Positions 1 through 13,375 of a DNA stretch of 64,000 bases are shown piece after piece (within the stretch, counting starts at the first letter, position 1; every line of letters begins with the position of its first letter). This stretch comes from Camelus dromedarius. Lineage: Eukaryota. Location: positions 23,066,001-23,130,000 of the forward strand of contig NC_087437.1 of assembly GCF_036321535.1 (NCBI RefSeq), in the 5' to 3' direction. The translations under genes and the position numbers were made by a program. Below the pieces are notes generated by a model that worked only from the letters and a program-made list of their open reading frames with translations, had not been told where the DNA came from and did not search any database.

Positions 1-926
1 TACGTCCTACTAGGGATATACTGTCAAATTACTATTTTTAAAAAAGTCATTTGGAACAGTCTGTGTGCCATCAACTTAACACACATTAAGTTTACTCCCC
101 AATTTTTATTTTAATTTTCAGAGATTGCTTTAAAATATTTTTTTATAATTATGCAAAATGTAAAAAGCAAGATCTATCCAAAGAAATATAGATTTTAATA
201 TTACTTTTCTCCTTTGAAAGGAAATCACTCCTTTTACTTTATGGCTTATTTTTCTATTGTTTACTTTTTAAGACCAGAGATAAATATTTATGCTCATACC
301 CTTCCTTTTTTGGCTGAATGATAGCATTCTGTATGCATTTTTCCCCCTTGCTTTTTTTTTCTTTCTGTTTTTAACCTAGCTGAATTTTTTTGGATGTTAC
401 TCCATATTAGCATCCTCAGATATCCCTTACTCTATTTTCGAGTTGCATAGCACTCTACTTTGTGGGTATATCCCTACTTTATTTAACTAGCTCTGTTGAA
501 GGACATTTGAATTTTTACAAGGTAATAATCTTGCAATGAATAACTCCACACAAATGATTTTATACTTTTGCCAGGGTTTTTTGGGGAAAATTTTTAGAAA
601 CAGCATTGCTGTTCAGAAGGTAATGCATAAATAATTTTGTTAGATGTTAATGAATTACCTGTTATAGAAGTTATGCATTACATATTTATATGAGCAATAT
701 ATGAGAGAGCCTATTTCCCCATAGCCTCATTGACAGAGAATGTTGTCAAACTTCCAGACTTTAATTGCAGGCAAAATTAACAAAAATTACACTTCTAGAA
801 TATATCTTGGTAAAAGTTGAATTTTCGGAACCAGAAGGAAATCTGCACACATTTTTTGCAGGTGGCAAAACTCCCTCCTTCTTAACCTTACTAAACTAAA
901 GCAGGTTACCTAACAAGGAGTTAAGA

Positions 927-982
927 AACACACACACCCACAGACACACACACACCCACAGACACACACACACACATACACA
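927..982. repeat. Imperfect (CA)n microsatellite
   Basis: acacacacacccacagacacaca repeated. Confidence 0.9.
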
Positions 983-1709
983 GTGTCATTAAATTCTCCA
1001 TAACATTAAATGCAAGAAACATTGGAATAGTTTCTTCAAAGTTTTAAGGAGATAATTGCCACCAAAGTGTCCTATAACCTATGAATTTATATTTCTTAAA
1101 TAAATGCTTTAGAGAGAAATTTTAGACAGGCAGTGATTGAGAAAGTAGACAACCCAAACAGACTTCCTGGAAAAAAATTGCTGGAAAGCTTTCACTAACT
1201 ACTTAATAAATGGAACCAAATAAATATCTGAATTATATGGAAAATTTGAGTTTTGAAAAAAATTAACATAGTTATGAGATAATGTGTCAAAATTATTTTA
1301 AAAGAGAGGATAAAATAAGAACAAATAAAATATCCTGGATATAAAAATTCCAGATGTTAATTATTTTAATGAAAACTATGAGGTCAGTGTGGATAGAAAG
1401 AAATACAGGTTAAATTTCTTATCCTGCTGATGAGAGAGCTGTTTTCTTTGACTGTAGTAGAAGAATAATAGCTCAGTTTTTAAAATTTAATTGAATGGTA
1501 AATACTGAAAGCAGAACATTTAAACTACTTGACAAAAAATGTAAAGAAAACTTGAGTAATACAACAATACTAAAAAAGAGAAAGCAAGAAAACAAAAGAC
1601 ATAAATACCAAAAAACCCCAAAATAAGACCATAGAAAGAAGACTCCATGCAACTTGTATCCAACATACTTAAGACAAAAATTATTCACAGATTAATAATA
1701 AGAGTATAT

Positions 1710-3840
1710 ATCTGTTATGTTTTTTGATTATCTAGCATTTTTGAATCTTTCCTGTGTTTGGAGAATTTCCTTCTTATGTGCTTCACATCCTCAAAGTAGA
1801 GACCAGAGAATTTATTTTGTCAGCCTTTCTTGCACTTAAGGCACAAGTATGTGACCTAGGTAAATCCAGTTAACCTTGGTGCCAGATTGTGGTTCAGAAG
1901 TGAGCGATGGAAGAAAGGAGGCTCCGTGAACAATTCATTTTGTTAGCCATACTAGTTGGTACAGTACTTCAGCTTTTGCCTCTCAGGGGTGAATTGCCTC
2001 TAGGACTGAATTCCTGGCACAAAATTTTCTTCAGTATCAGATGCAAATTAAGTCTTATCGCTCACAGTCCTATCAACTCTAGTCTCAAGAGCTCAATACT
2101 GGTAGCAGTGACTGTTTCCTCCTGGGGCCAGTTCTGTGATATGGTTGCGGGCATTAATTCTGGAATCTTAATCTTTAACCTGTTCCTCCATCTCTCTCAA
2201 AATTTCATCAGCTGCCATATCTTTACAACAAGCTCATTTTCTCCTTAAACTATTAAAATTAGCTTATTTTGCAGGCAACAGATAACCCGACTGATACAGA
2301 TGCTGACTCCAGAAGCCATATTAGAAAACAAAACCTCAGGCAAAAGGAAGTATCTAGGATTCGTTATCTGCTCTGATTCAAGCTGAGGACTCTGAACCCT
2401 AGCCAATATGAAAAGCTCTTGGCAGGCAGTGTGAAACAGCCCTCTGATTTTCACTTGTGGTCACCTGCAGTGAAGTAGTCGCAGAAGGTGAGTCTTTGAG
2501 GGAACCAGGCCCACAGCCAGTGAACCGTATGCAGAGACATGGGGAATTCAAGGAATATATAGTGTTTGATTGTAATGGCATTTGACAACTTAAAAAAGAA
2601 TTACAAGTTCAAAATCTGAAGTTCCTGTTTCAAGAGAGAGAAAGAAAGCCATAGAGTTTCTTTGCTAAAAATTTTTATCAGTTGTGGCATAGGGCTGAGA
2701 TACATAAAAACCAAATTCAAATTTTGCCCCTGCAGTTGCCACTATTTTGCAGTGAAATTCACAGCTTTGTCTGGTCTCTTATGCAGCAGTTAGGGCTTTA
2801 GGAAGGACCCTAGAGACTTAGGGAGATATGAATTGAAATGGATTGCTCACATATGACACATTGATTTATGCCCCCCTCCCACAACCTGTGTTTCTCAAGA
2901 GGGCTCTGAAAAAGACTCCCTAAAAGGCATAATTATTGGGAAAAAATGCATTGGTAACAACAGCCCCATCATCTTTGAAAAGCACTCTCTGTTAACCTGG
3001 GACACTGGTAGGAGACACTACCATTGAAATAGGATGCTTCTTTTCAGATGCAAAGACAGCATCCTGGAGTGGTAGACTCAAGCCATTAAATGCCAGAGGC
3101 ATGGCCATGACTATAGGGATAGACATGACTATAGGTAAAGGGATAGGCGTGTTCATTAGAGTGGTTTGACTCACAGTGATCCATGGTGGTGGATAATTGG
3201 TTATTGATTCCTAGGCCTAAAAAAGATGAAAAGTCGACCTAATCAAAAAGGATTCTACTTGGATTTTTATAACTGAGGAAAAAAAAAAAAAAGAGTCTGG
3301 TGCTTTTCACCCAAGTCTTAAACCATAGTCTTTTCACAAGATTTAGAGCCCCTGAAAAGAGGGAAGCCTTTCTTGAGGAAGAAGCGGGTGTAAATGTCAC
3401 AAACATGTACAGAAAACCTCCTAAGTCTCTATGTGCCTGTTGACCTGAGTCACTATATAATGGGAAAAGACAAGTGATCAGATCTTTCAGGCGTTGTTGG
3501 AAATGGATTTGAACAGAAAAATCCTTGGGTCCCAGAGCATCACTTTTGTCCATCAGTCAGAATAGAGGCTTGTGTGGATCATTGAAAGGGATTTTGACCC
3601 AGTTCAACTTCATGAGTAGCTTCTTGGTATCCTCAAACCATTATCTGGGCTATTTTCCAAATTCTATGTACGTAATTGTTATAAATATACTTAGCAAATG
3701 GTAGAACTTCCATAGTGCTCTTCTGAATCTTTGATTGACAGATAGTATGATTCAATGAACCATGTAGAAGCCCCTTAAGATTCTCCTTTCACCAATACTG
3801 AAAATCAAGAGCAAATGTCTTACCAAGATACCTGTCTAAT
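1710..3840 (+). mobile_element. Ancient ERVL/MaLR-type LTR plus internal remnant
   Basis: LTR-like segment ~1710-2250, then degenerate gag/protease-like internal sequence (gggaaaagac...tttcaggcgttgttggaaatgga, an LLDTG-like remnant). Confidence 0.5.
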
Positions 3841-4178
3841 GTATAGGATTCCATTACATACATAAACCATAATTACTTCTCTTTCTCCTGCTAAGAATCA
3901 GATTATTTCTCTTTTTTACAACTACTAACAGAGCTGAAATAAATACTTTTGAACTTGACTCCTTGTGCACATGTGATGTCTTCTCTAGGGTAGACACCAA
4001 GAAATGACATTGTCAAAATAGTCTCCAAAGTAACTGTAAAGTTCTACGTGTTCACCAGTAGTGTGTAAAAGTTCCCTTTACATTACATTCTTACTCATAC
4101 TTGTCAACAGACAAGTATATGCTTTCTAATCTGCTGTGTAATAGATCTCACTGTTATTTGAATTTTTAATGTTACTCT

Positions 4179-4490
4179 TGTGGTAGGCAGACTAATGATC
4201 TCCCTGAAATGTCCATGTCCTAATCCCAAGATTCGTAAATATATCCCCATACATTGCAAGAGGAACTTTGTAGATGTGATTAAATTAAGGATTTTGAAAT
4301 AGGAAGATTAGTTTGGATTATCTGGGTGGCCTCAATAATCACAAAGGTTCTTAGAAGGTAGAAGAGGGAGGCAGAAGAGTGAGAGAAGGCAGGAGCAAAT
4401 GTGAGAGTGATGTGGTCGCTGGTCTTGAAGATAGAGTGGGGCCACAAACCAAGGAATGTGGGCAGCCTCTAAAAACTAGGAAAGTCAAAT
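4179..4490 (+). mobile_element. MLT1D-like (MaLR) LTR fragment
   Basis: tgtggtaggcagactaatg...gtccatgtcctaatccc...gatgtgattaaattaaggattttga...ccaaggaatgtgggcagcctcta. Confidence 0.8.
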
Positions 4491-4925
4491 TATCATTGAT
4501 GGAATGCCGGATTGTGTATATTACCTTATAGATCCAGTTGATACTATATTTCTTCATGGAGATTTACTCTTTGCTCTGCAAATCAGGTAGGGCTGGGGCT
4601 GAGTTCATTAATCCAATCAGAAATTAAGCCAATTCAAAATTTGGTTGCAATGTTGGTAGAGCTCAGTCTACCTCTCATTCTTCTCTACTCTAGGTCATAG
4701 CCTTCCAGAGCATTCAACTGGGAGGCTATCATATGCCCTGGGTCTCCTCTCCCTGGTTATTCTTGAACTCCAGTCCTTGTGTCCTTGGACCAACGGGCTT
4801 CCAGAAAATTCTGCTCTGTCTTTCTGAGCTTCCTCCTTGGCAGACCCTTAACCTCCTCTCTTGTGCAGCTTCATAATTTGACAAATCTCTAGAAGAGAAC
4901 ACCATCAAGTCTCCAATTAGAGAAT

Positions 4926-5362
4926 TGTTGGCGCCGCAATATCAACGTACACACACATACACTGTATGCGGAGAGAGGTGATGGCTACTCTAAAAGTTTA
5001 TTAAACTACACAGGCTTATAAAGCAAAAGAGAACAATATGGAAAGTGTTTAACTATGGTATGACATTTTATGACTCCCTAGACGCACAGATTGTTTTAAG
5101 GTCAGGATCTTAAGATCCTTTGATATTTTTGATAGATTACGCTCATCATGGAGCCAGTGAGCCTTACATCTTATCAGGGCAGAACATATAGGAAAATAGC
5201 TGCTTGATGACATTCTTTCTGACTCAGGGGCTGTGCCTGTCTTAGGTTGCCCTCCTCTGGGGATCTTACCTGTCATTGGCTAACCAGCCTTCTCACCTCT
5301 GAGTCTGCAGCCTTTTATAACTTGTTTACCATTCCAGCCGAAGGCTTATTCCTTTGTTCACA
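4926..5362 (-). mobile_element. Candidate solo ERV LTR
   Basis: TG...CA ends (minus strand ends GCGCCAACA), near-matching 4-bp flanks GAAT/CAAT, CCAAT-like and TATA-like motifs, AATAAA about 70 nt from the 3' end, retained CpGs. Confidence 0.55.
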
Positions 5363-5515
5363 CAATTGGGGGACTACAAGAATCATCAAGTCTCCAATTT
5401 TATCTCTTCATCTTTTTAGACTACTAAAATCTCTGATGGTTTTTCTAGTCCTAGAAGGATTTTTCTGTCCAAGTAAAATCTGTATCTATTACTATTTTTA
5501 AATTTTTCTCACACT

Positions 5516-5578
5516 TTTTTTTTAAATGAAGGTACTAGGGATTGACCCAAGGACCTCATGCATGCTAAGCATGCGCCC
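5516..5578 (-). mobile_element. 5'-truncated Vic-1-type SINE
   Basis: ggtactagggattgacccaaggacctcatgcatgctaagcatgc matches the 31.3 kb SINE; preceded by poly-T. Confidence 0.75.
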
Positions 5579-7290
5579 TAAAAATCTTAATTCTTGGCCT
5601 TTTGCCCATTTCCCCAAATCAGCAACTGGGCCTGGGAAAAAAGCAGCTGCAAAATGTCAGCTCATTTCCTCATGTTTCTACTGTCTTCAAAATCCAGATC
5701 CTCCTGGATTTCATTGATCTGTAGTCCTTTAATAATATTTCCAAACATAGCATACCTGTTATCATCCAGCTTTTCCTACTGCTCTCATAAGAAATAAGAC
5801 TTCAGCTTGCCTAGAAATTGAGATATTGTTCTATTGCATAAAATTCTATGGGATTAAATATTATTTTTAATGTCTCCTGACTCTTGCTTGGATACATTTT
5901 TTTTTCCCATGTGTTATGTTAACTTTGTTTGCAAACTAAGTTTTAGCAAGGTTGGTTTTGTCCATTAGTCTTTGTGAGCACAGCCCTCCATAGGCATTTG
6001 AGAATTTTTACCCCCATACTCCAGGGAGCCACCAATTCAGAGTGGGCAGCTATTCAAGTATTATGACTTTTTGTTGGGATCTCACGTACTATGGTTCCAC
6101 TGCTACTGCTCAGTCCCTAGATTAACCTTAAAATCCATGTCCCTAGATTAATAGTACTGATGTTCCCTCCCTGGGCGCTTTCAGTGTTATTTTAAATACA
6201 CACAGTGGGGTTTTCAGAACTCTCTTGAGGTTTAGCACCTGATATTCTGCCCTACTGTTACACCAAGTTATGCTGTGTATTAAAAAATACTATCACTTGT
6301 TATATTTTACCCAGTTTTTCTAAAAGTCTGTAACAGAAGATTTTTGTAATAGTCTACCAATTTTTTCTACTGATTATGAAACAAGGATTGGGAAGGATAA
6401 TTTGCTTAAAAAAAAAAGTCTTTGCAATTCAGTGAACAAACCATATTTGGCACTTGAGAATATGTTTGTTGTACCATTTAGAGATCCCTTTCATTATTCT
6501 TATTCATTGAAACAGGTTGTTAGGAATATTTTTGGTCTGGTTTGAGTTACTGCACAAACTTAAAAGAAAAAAAAAAAGAAAGAAGCAAAGCAAGGCAAAA
6601 CAAATATTCTGTAATTCAGATTTATCATCCTCCAAAATTGATAAAGATATATAAAGTTATATTTATACCAGGAAATAATTTAAAATTCAATACTTGAAGC
6701 AACCTGGCAATAATAAAACTTATCTAGGGCTAAATTTTCTTCTGATCAAGCAATGAACAGAATAGGAAAAGTCCTTTGCAATCATAACAGCATTTGAATG
6801 TATAATCTAATTCCATGGAGCTATCCTTTGTCCCTTACTCAATTTAGAGCCAAGATTTTTTTTTGCATGTGATAAAATACTTAGTAATATTGGAAGGAAA
6901 AGACACAATTAACACAGGAATAAGGTTTTTTAATTACAACAAGGCATTTTGAAACCTTTATTGCTACAGAATTTTTGGCCACTCCTAGCAGACTGTACTA
7001 AAATTGATGTGCAAATTTCCCATTACTTGATGAAATTTTCACTAAATGGATTTTTCCCTAAAAGTCAGAATAGAAATCCTTTTATGATCCAGTAGCAAAC
7101 AGCATTAGTAGAGATGGTAGAGACTTCCTGAGTTTTTAATGCATTCTGGGAAACCACCACAACTTGGCAAAGTCTCTCTGTGGTTGCTTTATTGTGCAGA
7201 GCCTCGCTCTGTGTAGTAAAAATAAAACCAAATTCATTTGGGCACTGACTTTTTGTTGCTTTATTTAATTTTCACTTTGGCATATGGCCT

Positions 7291-7558
7291 TTAAAGCTTT
7301 AATGGGGCAGATGTGGCTTTGGACGAGTTTACTAATTCAACTTGGTTAATGACTTCCATTGTGGAAGCCAGCTCAGCAGTTTTCTCTCTGTCCATATTTA
7401 ATTCCTCTTCTCTTTCATTTTCCCTATGGTGGAAAACCTCTCCGTGGGACCACCTATTATCAGTAGACATTTTCTTGAATTTTGATGTAACTGCCTTCAG
7501 GTTCCTGGGCTGCGAATGCACAGGCAGAGTAAATGCTACTAACACTGAGCTATTGATT
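7291..7558 (-). pseudogene. Terminal exon candidate of the relic gene
   Basis: Polypyrimidine acceptor tttttctctccaag|, about 88 open codons with coding-like composition (RENEREEELNMDREK...), TAA at 7291-7293, AATAAA on the minus strand at 7260-7265. Confidence 0.55.
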
Positions 7559-8291
7559 CTTGGAGAGAAAAAGTAAGTTATGACTCCTTTCATGATCCTC
7601 AGCATGGTGACTCCAGATTGCTCTGCGGGAGAGAGTTGACTGTGCAGGTTTAACATTTGGGAAAATCCTACAGAAATTAGAATTTTTGATGATCATTGGC
7701 ATTCCTGATGTCAGTGCACGACCACGGAGGGAGTATGGGCAGCAGAGCCAGGCAGCCTATCCTTCAGGTCCTGAGGGACTGGACGGTGTTCTAGATTTTC
7801 TGAGTCCAGTTTCTGACAGTAATATATATGTTAGTGCCTACTTTACAGGATTTTGTGAAGATTCAGTGGCTGGAAGTGGTGTTTCCCAAACTTTAGTTAT
7901 TCACATGCCATATGAGGCTCTATCTGTATTGCTATGTGCTTAACAAGATTTAGCAAGCAACTCTTCCCCCTCCTTTTTTTTTTTTTTTTTAACTTACTGT
8001 TTCTTTGGCCTTATCTCAAATGGTATTTTTAAAAATTTGATCCACTGGATACATTTTTCTATTATGCATTAAAATAAGTGTAAAATTATCTCTTGCACAT
8101 CTTGGATAATGCTGATATTATGCTCAGATAATACTTAATATGGTAGCCTCACTTGTAGTAGTCTGTATCTCCCACTAGACTGCTAGTTACACAACAGCAG
8201 GGACTTTTATCCAGTTTATTTACTCTGATATTCTTAATACCTGGCATACAATCTGGCACACAGGAGAGCCTCAAATTGTCTGGAAAGTTAC

Positions 8292-8492
8292 CCTGGGGTT
8301 TCTCGTTTCCTTGGAAGATGAGCCAGATGGGAGAAGACTCCTCCGTCTTTCCATGGAAGGTACTGCACCCAAACTCAGCATCCCACAGGACTGGGGACAG
8401 AAGAAGCTCTGGCACGAAGGGGCGGTGCTTGAACCAAACTTCCCTTGAGCATCGAGAGCTGGACGATTGGTTTCCCAGATGACGAGAGACTT
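8292..8492 (-). pseudogene. Candidate exon of the relic gene (possible start of TOP domain)
   Basis: Acceptor gttctag|, donor AGG|GTAACT; one open frame reads VSRHLGNQ...REVWFKHRPFVPELL, loosely like the TOP-start W.....lP.L. Confidence 0.35.
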
Positions 8493-8603
8493 CTAGAACG
8501 TAACCTGCTCTGCCTGGTTCCCCAGTATTCTGATTACTACCACACTCTCACTTCTGCCAAGCTTTCTTTTTTCCTCTCATCCCCATCCTGTTTCTCTCTT
8601 TCA

Positions 8604-8604
<1 letters not shown>

Positions 8605-8654
<50 letters not shown>
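8605..8654. repeat. (CA)n microsatellite
   Basis: Perfect CA run of about 24 units. Confidence 0.98.
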
Positions 8655-8656
<2 letters not shown>

Positions 8657-9464
8657 GGTTGTTTTCCTGATTGCCTTATAAGAAGGGAGATCAACATAGT
8701 GGCAGGGACCCTCACCTGGAACCTTCTCCGATGGTGGGTCCAGGCACACCCATCTGCTGGATGACAAAAGGATAGGGCCTCTGCCTTCTCTTGCCTCATC
8801 CGTGTCCCCAGGTGTAGGCTTTTCCCTAGTCTACACTATATGATGTGGGAATCTTCCCAAGCCCTCCTTCACGATGGCTGGCAAGCAAAAAGGGACACAC
8901 TTTGCATAACAAAGGATGGCAGCATATATATGTAGCCTCGTGCTCAGTTCAACAAAAGTACTCTGAAATCAGAACGTATCCCTACCTAGTGCCCAATACT
9001 CTGGCACACAGTAGCTACACAAAAAGTATTTGTTGGTCCCATGATGAGTGGATAAATGTATACTTGTAGCCAGTGAAGGAATACATGGCTGAAAAAAAAA
9101 ACTTTTCACAAGTTGTTGTTTCATGTTTAAGTAGAGTGAAATGCAGAAATCTCAGAGGAGTGGTATATCAGAACTTCTTAGGTTAGTTGGCACTTTTAGG
9201 GGATGACTTATTCTGGATAACCAGATTTCCTGAACAGGTGAAACTTTTTCTTCAAAGCATATATGTATTTACTTTTGAACCAACTTTCTTTTAAAAGGTA
9301 CTCTACTTCTTGCCTTATTAAATTGAATATGTTGTATATAATTCAATATCACCCTTAATACTTAATAGCAAAAACTCCATTTTAAAAGCAACTGAAATGA
9401 GATCTAGATCAAGCAATTCCAGGAGTCTTCTTTTGTGTAATTTTTGCTTCTCTGCAAAAATAAC

Positions 9465-9566
9465 CTGTGTAACCAAGGGATACAGACACAAAATGCGTAG
9501 AATGTGAACGGTCTTTGGTAGGAATCTATCCTTTATTTCCACAATGTTTATCTTACATGAATACTT
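9465..9566 (-). pseudogene. Candidate exon of the relic gene (102 nt, stop-free)
   Basis: Acceptor cctttctctaaag|, donor CAG|GTTATT, phase 0-0, KYSCKINIVEIKDRFLPKTVHILRILCLYPLVTQ. Confidence 0.45.
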
Positions 9567-9598
9567 CTTTAGAGAAAGGAATTTGGAAAGATTATATA

Positions 9599-11922
9599 CA
9601 GGCATACCTCAGAGATTGTGCAGGTTTGATTCCAGACCACCGAAATAAAATGAATATTGTAATGAAGCCAGTCACATGAATTTTTGTGGTTTCCCAGTGC
9701 ATATAAAAGTTATGTTTACATGACTGTAGTCTATTAAGTGTGCAATAGCATATGTTTTAAAAAAAACCAATGTACATACCTTAATGAAAAAAATACTTTA
9801 TTGCTGAAAAATGCTATCACCTAAGCCTTCAGGAAGTTGTGATCTTTTTGCGGTTGGAGGGTCTCTCCTCAGTGTTGATGGCTGCTGACTGATCAGACTG
9901 GTGGTTGCTGAAGGTTGGAGTGGCTTCAGCAATTTCTTAAAGTGAGACAACAATGAAGTTGGCTGCACTGAATGACTGTTCCTTTCAGGAATGTTTCCTC
10001 TGTTGCATGCTATGCTGTTTGGTAGCATTTTACTCACAGTGGAACTTCTTTCAAAATTGGAGTCAATCCTCTCAAACCCTGCTTTGTCAAATAAATACAT
10101 GTAATATTCTAAATCCCTTACTGTTATTTTAACAAACTTCACAGCATCTTCACCTGGAGGAGATTCCATCTCAAGAAGCCACTTTCTTTGCTTATCCATG
10201 AGTAGCGGTGCTTCATCCTTTCAAGTTTTATCACGCAATAGCAGAAATCCAGTCCATCTTCAGGCTCCACTTCTCATTCTAGTTCTCTTGCTTTTTCCAT
10301 CACATTTGTAGTTGCTTCCTCCAAATGAAGTCTTGAACCCCTCAAAGTCATCCATGAGGGGACTCAGTTTCTTCCAAACTCCTGCTCATGTTGCTTTTTG
10401 ACCTCTTCCCATGAATCATGAATGTTTTAATAGTGTCTAGAGTGGTGAATCATTTCCAGAAGGTTTTCAAATGACTTTGGTCAGACCCTTCAGAGGATCA
10501 CTATCAATGGCAGCTAGAACCTTTAAAAATGTATTTCTTAAATAATAAGGCTTGGAAGGCAAAATTACTTCTTGATCCATGAGCTACAGGATGGATTGTT
10601 TTATTAGGCATGCAAACAACATTTGTCTCATTGTGCATCTCCAGCAGAGTGCTTGGGTGACGAGGTGCATTGTCAATGAGCAGTCATATTTTGAAAGTCA
10701 TATTTTCCTGATCTGTAGGTCTTAACAGTGCACTTAAGATATTCAGTAAACCATATTGTAAACAGATGTGCTGTCATCCAGGCTTTGTTGTTCCATTTAT
10801 AGAGCACAGGCAGAGTGGATTGAGCATAATTCTGAAGGGCCCTAGGATTTTTGGAGTAGTAAATGAACATTGGCTTCAATTTTAAGTCACTTAAGAACAG
10901 ACATTTAGTTCTTTGAAGCATTAAAGCCAGGCACTGACTTCTCCTCTCTAGAAGTCCTAGATGGCATCTTCTTCCAATATGAGACTGTTTCTACACTGAA
11001 AGTCTGTTGTTCAGTGTAGCCACCTTCATTCATTATCTGAGCTAGATCTTCTGGATGACTTGCTTGCAGCTTCTACATCCCTTTTGTGTATATGGAAGTA
11101 ACTTCTTTCTTTGAACTTCATGGACCGACCTCTGCTAGATTTAAATTTTTCTTCCACAGCTTCCCTACCTCTCTCAGCCTTCATAAAATTGAAGAGAGTT
11201 AGGGGCTTGCTCTGGATTAGGCTTTGGCTTAAGGGAATATTGTGGCTGGTTTGATCTTCTATCTAGACCACTCCAACTTTATCCATATCAGCAATATCTG
11301 TTTTACTTCCTTATAATTCATGTGTTCACTGGACTAGTCCTAATTTCCTTCAAGAATTTTTCCTTTGCATTCACAGCTTGGCTGTTTGGTTTAAAAAGCC
11401 TGACTTTCAGTCTGCCTTGGCATATCTGACATATCTTCCTCACTAAGCTTAATCATCTCTGGCTTTTGCTTTAAAGTGAGAGACATGCAGCTCTTCCTTT
11501 CACCTGAACTTAAGAGGCCACTGTAGAGTAATTTCAATATTATTGTGTCTCAGGGAATAGGGAGGCCTGAGAAGAGGGAGAGAGATGGGGGAATGGCTGG
11601 TTAGTGGAGCAGTCAGAACACACACATTTATTAATGAAGCTTGCTCCTATATGGGCACAGTTCATGGTACCCCAAAACAATTACAAAAGTAACATTAAAG
11701 ATTACTGATCCCAGGTTACCATAACAAATATAATAATAAAGTTTAAAATACTGCAAGAATTACATAAATGTGACACAGAGATATGAAATGAGCAAATGCT
11801 GTTGGAAAAATGGTGCCAATAGACTTGATAGACACAGGGTTGCCAAAGACCTTCAATTTGTAAAAAAAACACAGTATCTGCAAAGCACAATAAAGCAAAG
11901 CATAAAAAATTAGGTATGCCTG
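9599..11922 (-). mobile_element. Tigger1 DNA transposon (TcMar-Tigger), near full length, decayed transposase
   Basis: Terminal inverted repeats CAGGCATACCT...AGGTATGCCTG with TA duplications at 9597-9598 and 11923-11924; transposase fragments in ORFs 10673-10921 ([38 protein letters not shown]) and 9798-10199. Confidence 0.95.
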
Positions 11923-12119
11923 TAATATATTTAGTTAATCTCATATCTCTTCTAAGTGTTTGTGTATTAGCTTGAATTCTTGCTTTATCCCAGTTTCTTC
12001 CTCGCAGAACAATTGAAACCTGATTTTGTTCTGATTAAAAATTCTTTCTGTGACTTTGTAGGGCATGACATTCAATCATGGATGTGCATAAGGGTATTCA
12101 CTGGGGTAGACTTTTATGG

Positions 12120-12280
12120 TTAACGTTTATTGAGCACATGCACTATTGCCAGTCATCTTCTAAGCATTTTAATTTACATTGCAGCTCTGTGAAATAAGTG
12201 GTTATCACCATTTTCAGATTAATTATGAACAAAGTGGTTTAGTAACATTCCTAAAATCTCACGGCTAGAAATGATATCTG
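12120..12280 (-). mobile_element. MIR SINE
   Basis: tttattgagcac...ttatcaccattttcagat...gtttagtaac. Confidence 0.6.
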
Positions 12281-13159
12281 TTGACCTTTCTTGGTGACCT
12301 GCTTTTCTCCACTCTAGACATATATCCTCCTCCATTCCCCTGTGTTATCATTGCTATAAATGTATTGTTGGAGATACTGAGGTCTGGAGGTAACCAAAGG
12401 GAAGTAGATAAAGCATGGTACCAGGAACAGCTTCGATGTCAGTGCCAAATTTCACCACGACTGGAAAATTATCCCACGCCTTGGGAAATTCCTTGCTAGT
12501 GTGTCCTCCTTAGAGTCCTGGCACCTGCCATGCCCTTCTAACCCCGGACCCTCTCCTCCCCTGAGGAGCCTCTCCATTCCCAAACCTCACCTACTCTTCT
12601 CAAGCAAACCAGGGACAAAACAAAACTCCTTTCACTCTATATATTCTTTTCACTTTCCTCTTTGTAATTTCCTCTTCCTTCAGACCATGAAATGGATTGT
12701 TATTCTTCATGCCCCAAAAGGCTTTTCTAGATACCTTCCTAAACAAAGAGCCATATCCACTAGTGTACGGAAATAGCAATGGTTAATTTTTTGTTTATTT
12801 GAAATATTGATATTTTCTTCTCACTCTATCTATTAATATAAAAATTTGAAAACACTTAAATGTGTGATAATCAGACACTGGCAAATAAAAGATGTGGCTG
12901 TAGGATGAATTTTATGTTTAATTTCATAGGAAAGTGTTCACTAAACATTAAGCGAAGAAAGCAGGTCATAAAAGATCCCAAAACGCTATTTCCAGTTCGA
13001 TACTTTTCTTTTAAAGTCTATTATTTGTCATAGACTCCAATAGCCTGAGCCCCGCTGGGTCTATCCTGACGTGTAAGAGCCTTTGCTCAAACACTCCTAA
13101 CTGCTGTGCTTTTCTGATACCACCTTCACCAACAACTAACAATTGCAGGCTCTGTGGGC

Positions 13160-13375
13160 CTCCTCTGTGCCAAGTACAGTTCTGTGAGCTTTGCAGGAAC
13201 TCAGTCATTTAAAATGATCCAAAACAACCCACTGAGGCATGTGCCACTGTTATCCCCACTTTATAGCTCAGTAAACTGAGGCACAGAGAAGTTAAGTGGC
13301 TTATTCGATTCACAAAGTAGTCAGTAGCAGAGCCGTATTTGAACCCAGGAAGTCCGGTTTCGGACCTTACACTCT
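13160..13375 (-). mobile_element. MIR SINE
   Basis: tatccccactttatag...aaactgaggcacagagaagttaagtggctt...atttgaacccagg. Confidence 0.85.

Noticed and set aside
7313..7576. Plus-strand 87-aa ORF ending near a GTAAGT donor-like site
   Set aside because: Its S/F/L-rich composition is what the antisense of the E/K/R-rich minus-strand frame would give. The minus strand has the acceptor, stop and AATAAA.
8445..8799. ORFs with HT/CV repeats
   Set aside because: Artefacts of the (CA)n microsatellite.
9798..11944. ORFs of 133, 82 and 80 aa as genes or a domesticated TIGD-type transposase
   Set aside because: They are fragments of a Tigger1 copy with TIRs; the transposase frame is broken many times.
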